From the NCBI GenBank assembly GCA_004431415.1, contig QPMI01000534.1, positions 1-64,000 of the forward strand: a DNA stretch of 64,000 nt, read 5' to 3'. A model generated the notes under the pieces. The model ran no database searches. It was not told the DNA's origin and saw nothing but the letters and a program-made list of their open reading frames with translations. The first letter of the stretch is position 1. The number at the start of each line of letters is the position of its first letter. Shown here one piece after another: positions 15,001 through 26,592 of this stretch. This DNA is from Cyanophora paradoxa CCMP329 (lineage: Eukaryota > Plantae > Glaucophyta). Both the position numbers and the translations under genes were made by a program.

Positions 15001-15476
15001 GGTCGATTTGGCTGGATAAAATAATGGAAGCGATTGGCGAGAAACTGAAGCGTTTAATACTAGCTAGTATGCATCTTGATGCTAGATAAGGCTCAGTTTC
15101 GTGCGGATCCGGTACGAAATTTTCTAGATGTATGGCCATACAAAGCGACGAGGAAAAGGCCAGTTTCGCGGCGAGCTAGCCGAGCTAGCAGCGCGCCCGG
15201 CCGGCGTCTTATTGCTCCAGCGTTCGAGTCCCGGGAAGGGCAGTTGGGGGGAGCGGGGGGGCCTGGGCGGGCCTTGAGCTGCCTTGCGCTGTCGAGGGCT
15301 GAAGAGGGGGCCGGGGCGCAGCGACCCCCGAGGCCAACTTCTGCACGGCGAGACATTGGCGCGAAACCAAAAATTTCCCTGCTCTAGATTGCTCTAAACT
15401 GCACTTCTGACGTGCTCAGTTTCGCGCCAATCGTTCGCTGTGCTCCGCTAGAATTTCGGCTGGACATGTATGGCGT
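1..15476. repeat. ~480-bp tandem satellite array, ~32 copies, open at the left edge of the window
   Basis: The unit recurs with period ~478-480 (e.g. CTGCTCTAGATTGCTCTAAAC at 2521 and 3001). Copies up to ~12 kb differ almost only in homopolymer lengths. The array stops abruptly at ...GGACATGTATGGCG-TTTTTGGTG (~15476). Confidence 0.98.
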
Positions 15477-16163
15477 TTTTGGTGAATTACCGGCCACAGC
15501 CTCTAGTCTACTCCAGCACTGTGGGGGGCCACTGGGGGCGTATACAGGCAAGGTGGGGCATGATCGAACGGAATAATGTGGAATCATGAATTGTCGGATG
15601 GTCGGTCTGACTCTGTACCGGTCATCATCAATGCTTCATGGTCCTTCGAATTCTTCATTTCGACAAATCACGATCACGCTCAGCGTACTTAGCCTGCACG
15701 TGCCAGTGGTGCCACGGTGCAGTGGGTGCACCGTGCACGCCGGCGCGCGCCCCGCCCGGCCCCCGCGCGGGCCGCGCCGCCGCGCGCGGCGCCGCGCCGG
15801 GCCCCGGCCCCGGGCCCGCAGCGGCGGGCCACGCGTACGGCCGGCGGCCGCGGGCCCGCGGCCTTTCATGAGTTAGCCTGCAACCGTTGAACATGAACCG
15901 TTGAACTTATAATTAGCCTAGTAGGCTGCAAGTTACTTAAGTTATATTAAGTTATATCATAGTATAATTACTGCAAGGCTGGAGGGCCAGTGGAGGGCCA
16001 CTACTAGCCCACTAGTACAGTAGTAGTACTGGAGGCTGCAAGCCTGCAACTGCAAGCTTTAATTTAAGTTGCCTGCAAGTTGGCTGCAACTGCAGCTGCC
16101 TGCAAATTAGGCTGCAATTAAGCCCCGCAGCTGGCAACTTGTGGGCCGCCAAGTTGTGGCAAG

Positions 16164-19100
16164 CAGTGATGCTAAACTTTCACTTTCCAAACTTTCAACT
16201 TGAAAATTTTCATGTAAACAAGCCCACACTCACGTGTGGTAAGCCCTGCCAATGCATGCCTGCTATCTCAGCCTCCCTGTCTCAGAGAGTCTGTCTTAGC
16301 GTCAATGAGGCTAAGTGGGCAGCGCTCGGTAGGCGTAGACCTGGCCCTGCACCGTAGGCTGCACGCCGCTCCGGATCCGCCGCCTCTGTGCCGCAGTGCC
16401 CGGCGGCCTAGCCTGCGGGTCCGCCTCGCCCGAGCGTTCCGATCCTCTGCTCCGCCATGGCCCGCCCGCCAAGCATCCGGCCGCGAGCTGCCACCCTCCG
16501 CCCTGAGAGCCTCGCCGCCGCCCTTGGGGCCTCCGCTCCGTCCGCCAAGCCGTTGAGCCACGTCGCCAGGCCGCCGCGCTCCGAGGCTGCGCCCCACCCG
16601 GCGCGCCATGGCGCCCGGCGGCTGCCCCGAGCGCCTCCGCTCCGTCCGGCGAGCCGCGCCGCCGTCCCTGGCGCCTCCTCACCATCCACCAAGTCATGCC
16701 GCCAGGCCGCTGAGCTCCGAGGCTGAGCTCCGCCCGGCGAGCCAGGGCGCCCGGCCCGGCGGCGGCTGCGCGCCGCGCTTCCGCTCCAGGCCGTTGCAGC
16801 TCCTCGCCGCGCCTCTACATGTACATGTACACCGTTGAGCCGTGGGTTCTTAAGCTTGCGTGTGCGAAAGGTTGGGCTTTTTCGAAGCCCCCCCGGGCCG
16901 CCGCTCGCCGCCATATATTGGTCGGTGGAGCTTGAGCTCGAGGTGAGATCTAGAGGGGGAAAACAAATAGCTCGAGCTCGAGGCGAGACTCGAGCTCGAG
17001 GGGAGATCGATTGCGAGCTCGAGGTGAGAACTAGAGGGAAATATACATATATATACCTTTCCCTCCTAGATCTCACCTCGAGCTCGAGCTCGTGATCATT
17101 AAGGGGAGGAGCAAGGTTCCTGTGGCCAGGCGCATTTGGAGATCTTACGAATCTCTTGCAAAGTACCTCGAATGCATATAATATCAATGTGGAGGGCTGC
17201 AGAGGCGAGGGCGCACGGAAATATGTGCAGGCCAGTGCAGGATCGAAATTTTGGCGTCGGCTGGGTTCTTGTGCTCTTTCGCCCCCACAGTGCTTGCGCA
17301 AAGCTTGGAAAAGCTCTCAAATGAATTCTGTAGGGATGGGCATGCGTGAGGATGCGAGGGCGCGCGGAAAGATGCATATGGGCAGGTTCGTCAAGGATCG
17401 AATTTTCGGGGTCGGCTGGGTCCTCGCGGCCCGGCGCATCTGCAAAGCGCGTGGAAGGATTTGTCTACATCTCAAATGTTTATACTATTGTTCCGCGCAT
17501 GCGCCGCGGCGTGGGCGCGCGGAAAGATGTCCGGGCCTGTGCAGGATCGAATTTTCGCCGCCGGGTGCCTTCCTGCACTGTTCCGGCTCCGAAAAGCGGA
17601 TCGCTGGAGTGCGCAGGCCGTGCTATGTCTATGCGCGTGAGTACGCATCGATTGCGCGCGTCGCGGGACCGGGCGGGACCGGCTGGGTCAAAGTTTCCGC
17701 CGACTCTTCGCATTGCAGTGTCGGCGGCGCCCGAAATCGAGCTTGCAGCGGTGCGCGCGCCCTCGGCTCTCATTCTGTACCGCTCTGGGGCGTTCCTGGC
17801 GCGCTTTCGTCGCGGGACCGGGCGGGACCGGGTCCCACTTTTTCGGGTTTCGCGATCGAACCGGGGTATAAATACCGGAATCGATCCGCGAGAGAAATTC
17901 GATTTTCGCCCGACGTCCACGGGAGAGCGGTCGTCTTAGGGGAGCCGGGATCGAAATTGATTCGTGACAAGGCTGGACATGTCGGCATGCAAGCTGGAGA
18001 TTTGATCCATGAGAGAGAGTCGATAGAAAATTGCGTGATGTCATCGTTGAGGTAAGTGCGTGAATTGATTCAGGATGAGTTCGGGGCGTACAGGCGGGAC
18101 GGACGTAACCTGGAAGTTACAGGAATTTCGATCGCCGACCCGGATTTCCGACAAGCCCTGGGCCCCTGCGGGTCCCAAACATCGGGCGAAGCCTCTGCCG
18201 CCCTCTTCGCGTCCCCCTTTTTCATCGCGACCCGTCGCGGCTGTCAGTGGCCTGGCGGGGCAGGGAGGCTAGAGAGAATATAATGAGGGGAGGAGTGGTG
18301 CTGCCAATCATGATCAGCTAGCTGTAGTTGAGCTCGAGGCCCTAAGGAAATTGAGGGGAGATATTGTTGAGGGGAGGGGCGAGGTTCTCGCGGCCAGGCG
18401 CATGCGCAGAGCTTATAAATCGCTTAAACAGAATCTCGAATGCATGCAAGATCCATGTGCAGGGCTGAGGAGGCGAGGGCGCGCGGAAATACATGCAGGC
18501 CTGTCCAGGATCGAAAATTTGGCGTCGGCTGGGTTCTCGTGCTCTGTCGCGGCCACAGAGCTTGCGGAAGGCTTCGTTTAGAGCTCAAATGAATACTGTA
18601 GCGATGGGCATGCGTGAGGATGCGATGGGGCGCGGAAAGATGCACAGGTCCGTCCAGGATCGAATTTTCGGGGTCGGCTGGGTCCTCGCGGCCCGGCGCA
18701 AGTAGAGACCGTGCGAAAGGCTTCTTTTACATCTCAAATGCATATACTATTGATGCGCGCATGCGCCGTGGCCTGGGCGTGCGGAAAGATGGCCGGGGCT
18801 GTGGAGGATCGAATTTTTGCTGTCGGGTACCTTCCTGCACTGTTCCGGGTCCGAAAAGCGGATATTTGGAGTGCGCAGGCCTTGCTATGTCTATGCGCGC
18901 CCGTATGCATCGAATGCGCGCGCCGGGGGACCGGCCGGAACCGGCTGGATCAAAATTGTGGCCGACTCTTTGGACTGGAGCGTCGGCGGCGGCCGAAATC
19001 GAGCTTGCCGCAATGCGCGCGCTCTCGGCTGTCATTCTGACCGCTCTGGGGCGTCCCTGGCGCGCTTTCGTCGCGGGACCGGGTCCCACTTTTTGGGGTT

Positions 19101-19847
19101 TCGCGATCGAAGCGGGGTATAAATACCGGAATTGATCCGTGAGAGAAAATCGATTTTCGCGCGACACGATTTAGGGGAGCTAGGACTCCAGAAATAAATC
19201 AGTGGAGGTTGGCCGACTGTCAGTTCTACTGTGTCACGTCGGAGACCGTTCGCCTTCATTGCGGAGATTGCGAATCTGGACGCTCGGACCAATCGGACTC
19301 GAGTGGAAAAAAAATAGAACCGGTCGTTCACCATTGACATACGAAAGAGGCTTCGCCCGAAATTGGCAGGGCTAATTTTCAGTAAATTTTCACCTCCAAA
19401 ATGAGCAATGAAAACTTTCAATAAATTTGCAAGGGGGGTACCCTTGAAGAGGCCATTCTGGGGCGTTTCACGCCATAAACGAGGGTCAAATCCGTCGAAA
19501 TACGAGACTATGGAGGCCTGGACACATTCTGGCGGTCTCTGCTGGTGTCAAGAGACCAGATTATGCATTTCTCAGGAACCGTACCGTACCCCCCTCCCCA
19601 ACGTGAAAAGAACGGCAAAGATACATCTGCAGCTGCATGCACATCGTGCACTTGTAATACAAAGGTTGTCGATGACATCTTAACGCATATCGCTCGTGTC
19701 TAGAGGCTTCTCTGCAGAGAAACGTGTCACTTTCGCTGTGCAAGTAAACTTCGAATGGGTGAAAATATTTCAAGTTTGCTGAAAGTTTTCGAAAGTTTAC
19801 TGAAAATTTACAGGGCATTTTGGGATAATAAAATTTCAGCAACACTG
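16164..19847. mobile_element. Non-autonomous hAT-like DNA transposon (~3.68 kb)
   Basis: Imperfect TIRs: CAGTGATGCTAAAC on the left and CAGTGTTGCTGAAA on the right (reverse complement), with similarity extending to AAATTTTCA(T)GTAAAC. Exact 8-bp TSD GTGGCAAG at 16156-16163 and 19848-19855. No transposase recognisable inside. Confidence 0.8.
17103..19162 (+). repeat. Two diverged ~800-bp direct repeats (~17103-17910 and ~18372-19162) inside the hAT-like element
   Basis: Colinear shared blocks, e.g. GATGGGCATGCGTGAGGATGCG, GGATCGAATTTTCGGGGTCGGCTGGGTCCTCGCGGCCCGGCGCA and CGGGGTATAAATACCGGAAT. Each copy carries three AGGATCGAA(A/T)TTT-cored subunits ~150 bp apart. Confidence 0.9.
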
Positions 19848-19915
19848 GTGGCAAGCAGTGGCAAGCACTGGCAACTTGCCAAGTTGTGCCAAGCCTGCAA
19901 GTAAGGCTGCAACTT

Positions 19916-20166
19916 CCCTTTTTTAGCTACTGGAGAGCTGGAAATATTTAGTGGGCTGCATATTTATAGTACTAAAAGTTTTTGGGCGATGTACTAAATA
20001 TTTCCCGCCTGCTAAAGTCGAGAATTTGTAGGGGTAGTTCCGTCTCCGCCATACAAAAGCTTAAGCCCTGCGAATGCGGACCTACTAAAAATTTACCAGC
20101 TGCTAAAGTGGCAGTTTTGGCGAAGTACTAATTATTTTCCTGTACTAAATTAACTAGTTTTACAGT
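19916..20166. mobile_element. Possible truncated MITE (right end only)
   Basis: AT-rich, repeated TACTAAA/GCTAAAG motifs, and a TTTACAGTA terminus like the MITE at 52677-52964. No matching left end found. Confidence 0.35.
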
Positions 20167-20893
20167 ACTAGTATAGCCTGCAAGTTCGGGTCCTTGCGAT
20201 TGTACGGTTGTACCCGGTAAGTTGTAAGTTGTAAGTTAAACTTGTAACGGCTGGATCCAGGGACCAGGATCCTCCGAGTGTTCGCGGCTCCGAGTTAAGA
20301 TTATTTAGGATAGGGTTCGCGGTTTGGGGTACCGGTACTCTACTTATACACGTATCACTGCCGATTCACTGGTATCAGCCTGTCAATGCTGGGCCATTGC
20401 TAGCTGTCATCACTGTCATGATCAGCACCAGCGCCGATTCAGCGGAATGATCTTATCATGATCGATCATCGGATATCAGCGGCGATTCAGCGCCTGATCA
20501 TGATCAGGCGCGGTCCGGTCACACGACTCCGGTGTGGTCCCGTCACTCCGTACGTACGCGTGGCGCCGGCCGGCCGTCTGCCAGTGACCGCCACACGATC
20601 GCGGCCCGGCGGCCGGCCTGGCGCCGGCCGACGCGCGTGCGTCGCCGAGTCGATCACAAAAGTTGGTGCTGCTGCACTGCTGCAGCGCTGCATGCACTGC
20701 AGCTGCGGACTACGCGTACGAACGCATAAGCCGTGTGACGCGCCCCCAGATCTGGTCTAGATCTTTCGCGCGCGGCGCCGGCGCAGCCACGTGGAGCTCG
20801 CTCGCGCGGGTGTCGTCGGTGGTAGCAACCTAGGCCTTGTAAAGTGGTTTTCGCCAGTTCCGCAGCTATCGCACAGCGTCCATCGCATGCGCA

Positions 20894-23800
20894 ATGGGAG
20901 GATGTTGCAGCAGAGCGCCTGCAGTCCACGACGTCGACGCTCCAGCGCGCTCGCATGCACCTCGCAATCGGCCGCATGCGCGGCTGAACCCGGGCATCGC
21001 CAGCGGCGAATTCAAACCCATCGGGCTCGTTAACGTTGCTCCGGCGGCCCGGGTCGGAGCGAATCAAGGCCGGGACGCGCAGCCGGCTGCAACGTTAACA
21101 GCAATTGCAAAGGCGGACCGCGAGAATGTGCAAGTCCTGGCCGTCCACAGCGACCGCGAGGGCGGCGAGCCGCAGAAGGCAGTCTTGGACCTCGACGTCG
21201 ACACTGACAGCGTCGCCGACGTCGACCTTCGCTCTGGCATTTCCAGCGGCGAGCTGCTCCCAAAACCGCCGGCGCCCCCGACGCGGAAGGCAAGTCCTTC
21301 AATTCAATAAGTCACACATATAGATGCATTCTGAATCCATTCTCCCGCACCGTGGCACGCCGCGCGGCCGCTTTTACTTCTGTTTTCGGTGACATTCTAA
21401 ATTTGCGCATGCAGAAGTCGTTGCCCAAGTCCGCGTCTTTCGAATTCCAGGTCCGCCGCAAGCGCGCGGTCGCGGCCAGCTGCAACCCACCGCAAATTCT
21501 AGTTCTTGCGTTTGCGTTCGACGGTTCTGACACGGCCGCGGGGATTCGCGCGCGCCCACGCAGGAGCCCGAGCCGCCCCGCTTCGCGATCGACCAGAGCA
21601 AGGGCCTGCACCCCCGAATCAAGGCCCGCCACCCAACGCCCTGCCGCCCCAGTCGGCATCGATATCGGCTCTCGAATTTAAATTAAACTCTGGCGCCTGC
21701 GCAGGGCCTCCTCGAGGACGAGGACTACCTCGAGGGCGGCACCCTCGACCGCCTCAAGGCAACCAGCTACGCTCACCTCGACGTCCGCTCGCTCGCCCGG
21801 CCCCCCGCCGTGTCTAATTTATCGCACTTTTAATTAAGAGACTTGAGCTTAAGCTCATCCGATGGTCCGCGCGCGCGCAGGCGCAGGCGCACACGTACCT
21901 GGACTTCACGGGGGGCGGCCTGGCCTGCCAGAGCCAGCTCAAGCGCCTCTTCGACTTCCTGCAGAACCACGTCCTCGGCAACCCGCACAGCATGAGCCCC
22001 ACGTCCAACCTCGCCTCTTCCCTGTCCGCACCATCCGGATTCTATAGCCACAATATAAATGGCGCGATGGCCGCTCCTGAAAGCGCCCCGCGCGCCGCGC
22101 GACCGCAGCGAGGCGGACGCCCGGAAAGCCGTCCGAGTATTCTTCAATGTGCCTGACGTGCGGCCGGGCACCCCTTCAAAATTTAATCCATTATTGAAAT
22201 ATCATGGAGAGCTCTTCGGGATGCTAATTAATGGTTGGCGGTATACACGCGCAGGACTACGCGGTGGTCTTCACGCCGAACGCGTCGGGGGCGATGCGGA
22301 TCATCGCCGAGTGCTACGCCTTCGGCCCGGGAGTCCCCTTCCTTCTCTCCGCCGACAACCACAACTCCGTCGGCGGCATCCGCGAGGTCTGCTCTTCAGC
22401 ATCCCCGGCAATATTAATGACACGACGCCAGTCTTCGAATTTCGATATCACGCTGGCGTCCGAGCCGATTCCAAATTCTAATGCTTCGCGCCGCGTGCGC
22501 AGTTCGCGCGGGCGAAGGGATCGAGCGTCACGTACGTGCCGCTGGACGACGAGCTGTCCATGGACGAGGAGTTCTTGAAGGTGCGCTGCAACGCTTACGT
22601 ATACGATTAATTATATTTGAATACCGGCTCACGAGCACATGTTCATGGCTGTTAAATACGATTGCCGGCCGCATGCGAATTCTATGTTCTATATATCGTA
22701 CCTGTTATTATTATAAGCTTCCGCACGCCCCTCTTGTGCATCGCGAGTCCCCTGATGAATCCGCGACCCGCAGCGCGCCCTGCGGGAGAAGCCGGCGGGC
22801 CAGCACGGCCTCTTCGCGTACCCCGCGCAGTCGAACGTCAGCGGGGTAAAGCACCCGCTCGCCTACACCGCAGCCGCCCGCGAGGCCGGCTGGGACGTGC
22901 TCCTCGACGCCTCCGCCTTCGTGCCCACCAGCACCCTCGACGTCGCCAAGTGGCGCCCCGACTTCGTCGCCATGTCCTTCTACAAGGCAAGCTCCGGATC
23001 CTGCAAGGCTTGCACAAGCTTAAGGCGACGTCGACGTTGACGGCGGCTCCGCAGATGTTTGGGTTTCCCACGGGGATCGGCTGCCTGCTGCTGCGCCGCG
23101 AGGCGGCGAAGCGCCTGCCCAAGCCGTACTTCGCGGGCGGCACCGTCCTGCTCGTCACCCAGGCGACGGACTTCCACATCCTCGAGCCGAACCCCGACAG
23201 GCTCCACGCCGTCTACGAGGCGCGCCTTCACACATATTCTTTGTTGTTTGGCGGCCGCCTCACGTCCGATCCGGATCCCGGGCCGCACAGGACGGGACGA
23301 CGAGCTACCAGATGCTGCCGGGCGTGACCATTGGCCTCGACTTCCTCTCCCACCACCTCGCCGCCATCGACCACCGCGTGCGCCTTCCCTAAAGCTGCAC
23401 ATGTACTGCCTTCCGTTGCGCCGACCGAATTTTCCTGAACTTGCAGCTCTTCGCAATTCTGAAGCACGTGATGCCGGCGATGGCGGCGCTGCGGCACCCG
23501 CGCACGGGGCGGCCCCTCGTGAAGATATTCGGCCCGGGGCCGGACGCTGACCTGCGGGCGCGGCGGCGCGGGGCGACAATCGTCTTCAACCTCTTCGACG
23601 CGGAGGGCAGGGGCGTCTACTTCGGCCTCGTCGAGAAGCTCGCCGCCGAGCGCGGCATCTCCCTCCGCACCGGCTGCTTCTGCAACCCGGGTGCGCGAAA
23701 TTCGATTCTTCGCTGACGCGTTTTAATTTGGACGCGGGGGCAGGCTGCATGGAGAAGATCCTGGGGCTCAAGCGGGAGACCCTGCTGGCGATCGAGCAGC

Positions 23801-24216
23801 GGTGGAGGAGGGAGAAGGCGGCCGGGGCCGAGGGGCACCCCGACGTGTACACGCGGATCACGGACGGGCTGATCCCCGTCGAGGGCCAGGGCGCCGTCCG
23901 CGTCTCGTTCGGGATCACGAGGTGAGGCCCCGTGAGGGCCGCAGATTTAGATCTAGATCTAGAGCCAACCAACGATATCGAACCTCTCATGGCCATATCC
24001 TAGCCTCGAGCTCGAGCTCCTCCCGATTAATTCTGCGAGCCTCATGCACCTAACTTTGGGCGGCCCCGCGCGCGCAGCACGGCGCTGGACGCCTCCCGCC
24101 TCCTCCACTTCCTCGACGAATTCCTCGACGAGTCCTTCGTCGCCCGCGAGCGCCGCAAGCTCGAGTCCGGCGGCTCCGCCCCCGCGTACGCCTGCGCCGA
24201 CGGCAGCTGCTTCTAG
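20894..24216 (+). CDS. PLP-dependent class V aminotransferase, molybdenum-cofactor-sulfurase-like NifS-type domain only, with an N-terminal extension (multi-exon)
   Basis: Spliced exons read YLDFTGGGL...LGNPHS, VVFTPNASGAMRIIAECYAF, DNHNSVGGIRE, LFAYPAQSNVSG, VLLDASAF, SFYK/MFGFPTGIG (PLP Lys), YFAGGTV, RTGCFCNPG and VRVSFG. TAG at 24214-24216. Linkage of the MGGCCS first exon is inferred from in-frame GC/GT-AG junctions. Confidence 0.85.
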
Positions 24217-24911
24217 CTTCGGCCAAATTAAACTTCGTTCGTGTCACATGTACAGTGCTCTTCTCGCAATATTTCGCTCTAGACCTAGATCGAGCTTTAT
24301 AGCATTGGCGTGCTTGATAATAATTTTAATATTGTACGCGTATCGCATTATAGTTCGTAAGTATCTCTCGCTATCTACATATAGCTAGTTCTGCGATAGT
24401 GATACAAAACGTTTGCCCTGATATTTCTACTTATACCATAATATTTGTAATCTCTATGTCACAGTGTACCTTGAGTTCGCCGCTGCTATACTATAGCTAG
24501 TGCGCTGCAGCTGTCAGTTCTAGTTCTGGTCCTAACCTAGACTATAGTCACTAGCTATAGACAGCTGGGGCTAGCCCTATAGGTAATATTCAATCCTAAC
24601 TAGTTATATATACTTGGCTCGCAATTCTTTTCCGATGCACCTGGCCAGCTGCAGGCATGTGCAGCTGCAGGCTGAGTTAACGTTAACTTTGTAATTGATC
24701 ATGATATCCTTAGCCCGTCGAGTGAGGGTTCGCCCTGGTTCGCCCTGAGTGCAAAATTAAATCTGCCGACGACCTATAATTCTGAACTGGAGCATGCCCC
24801 GTCCAAGCCTCCTACCCGGCCCCCCGGCCCGCGAAAATATTCGACCAACGTGATAAAATTAGTATGCATGCGCACATGTGCAAGTACTGGCTCGAGACCA
24901 GAAAAGGACTT

Positions 24912-25770
24912 CTACCAGCCCATCTCGAAGAGGTCGTCCATGTACTCGAACTCGGCGAGAGGCTGCGACCGCGGCCGAGCCGGGCGCCGCCGTCAGCAGC
25001 AGCGCGCGCCCCAACAGGTGAACTAGAGAAACATGTACACGGGAAGAGGAAATTAAATTATTTAAAGCCGCCCCGGGCCGCATGCGCGCACCTGGCAGAC
25101 CTTGCAGGGGGTGCGCCCCACCAGCTCCGCCTCCTCTCTCGAGCCGAAGTGGACGAGGTCGGGGCGGAAGGGGAGGTAGTACTCGGGCTCGCCCGTCTGC
25201 AGGTCCCGCTCGTGCAGGTAGAAGCACGCGCCGATGTGGTGCGCGTACTCGTTCGGCGCGTCGACCGCCCAGCGAGTCTCGAAGTCGTTCGGATCTGGCT
25301 GGGGCCGCTGCTCGACCACGGGCGGGCGCTGTTGCGAGCGGGCCGGGCCCGGGGGCATCATGATTATCATTATAAAAGTATGACGTCTGTACATGTACAT
25401 CACAGTACATGTGAATGATTATGAAGCGCACCGACGGCGGCTTGATGTTGAGAGCCTCTATCCCTTCAACGGCGGACTCGTACGCCGCATAGTCGACGTC
25501 ACTTGCAATTGCACTGGCGCTCGCGGTTCGCCGCGGCTCGTGGGCGCTCGCGCCCCCCTGCGCGTGCGGAGGCGTTCGATTCGTGTTTAAAAATAAAGCT
25601 CCACATCGCTTGCACCTTGGAGAGCTCCGAACTTTGCGGCGCCGCGCGCGCGGTCGCCTTCAAACTTTCTGTGCGAGCGATCGAAGTAGAAGGGAGCGAG
25701 AGCGGCGCCGGGGCGCGCGCGCACCATCGGGGAGGCTGTGCTCCTGCACTGCGCGCTCGAGGACCGACAT
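24912..25770 (-). CDS. Small protein (5 exons) with a C-terminal Ada-type metal-binding motif
   Basis: In-frame spliced model: MSVLERAVQEHSLPD/ESLK...SK/GGASAH...KPPS/RPPVV...YAHHIGACFYLHERD...LVHFGSREEAELVGRTPCKVCQ/PLAEFEYMDDLFEMGW*. The segment FxSxEEAxxxGxxPCKxCxP matches the Ada metal-binding domain signature. Confidence 0.7.
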
Positions 25771-26057
25771 TTCCAGCAGGAAAGCAGCTAGATCGTATCA
25801 GATGGGGGAGCTTTTCAGAGGAGCCTCCTCCTAGAGGGAAGAAATTTTAAATATAAAGCTCATTTGAGATCATGATCAAGAGGGGAAATGCGGAGGAGCG
25901 CGCGGGAAGAGGAGCCAGGAATCAGAGAGAAGACCTAGAGGTGTGGAGGAGGGGTGGGCGGGGACTAGGGGGGAAGAGGGGGAGGGGCCCCTTCGCAGAC
26001 GCCCCGGGCCCTTGGAACGAGGCACGAAGGCGGGCGAGCTTTGCATTGTTACACCTA

Positions 26058-26503
26058 CAGCCGCTGAGCTACGCGCCGATACAGCAGCGACCTCCCCGGC
26101 CTCGCTGTAGCCGGCAGGCGCCGGCGCCGGCGAGACGCGAGTTTGCCCGGGCCGAGACGCGAGGGGAGACCACAGTGGAGCCGGCGCTCAGCCGCCGATA
26201 AAACGAGGGTCGATTGGGCGGGATCGGCTGCGGGGGTACCGCCGCCTGTCAGCCGGGCGGGGGTACGCGCGCGCGCCGGCGCACCCCGATGCCGCACGAG
26301 CCGTAGCTGCGCGGGGCGGGCAGTCGGGCCGCGCGGGACAAAGAGCGAGGCGGGGCGCAGTGGCGTACCCCAGTGCGGGGGGTACGGTGAGCTTGCGCTG
26401 GCCCCCGACCTGCTCGGCGGTGTGGGTACGGCAATCCGAGATTGGGGTGGCGGGGGTACGCGGCGCGGACCTTCATCGACATAACGCCCTCGTCCCAGCC
26501 CTG
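26058..26503 (-). pseudogene. Partial duplicate of the FKBP gene 3' end (last four exons, introns and 3' UTR)
   Basis: Homologous to ~31918-32400. Encodes GWDEGVMSMK/VGGQRKLTVPPALG/YGSCGIG. The last exon has a 1-bp and a ~20-bp deletion, and no 5' exons are present. Confidence 0.85.
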
Positions 26504-26592
26504 CGGGGAAGGCAGGGGGCCATTTGTATGTGAAGGCCGAGCGAGAGAGCGCAGGGAAGGCGGGGGGGGGGGGGGGGGGGTACCGGAGCCGG

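Noticed and set aside
135-15387. Dozens of 60-140 aa ORFs in the tandem array
   Set aside because: They recur with the repeat period, change frame with homopolymer length and show no protein motif; they are by-products of the satellite.
1-15476. CRISPR array, or tandem 5S/tRNA/snRNA gene array
   Set aside because: No unique spacers, and I could not recognise any structured-RNA gene in the unit. An Rfam search would be needed to exclude this fully.
16408-19421. Long ORFs (297 and 299 aa) as a transposase
   Set aside because: No DDE, BED-finger or hAT dimerisation motifs; the frames run through internal repeats and are not preserved between the two copies.
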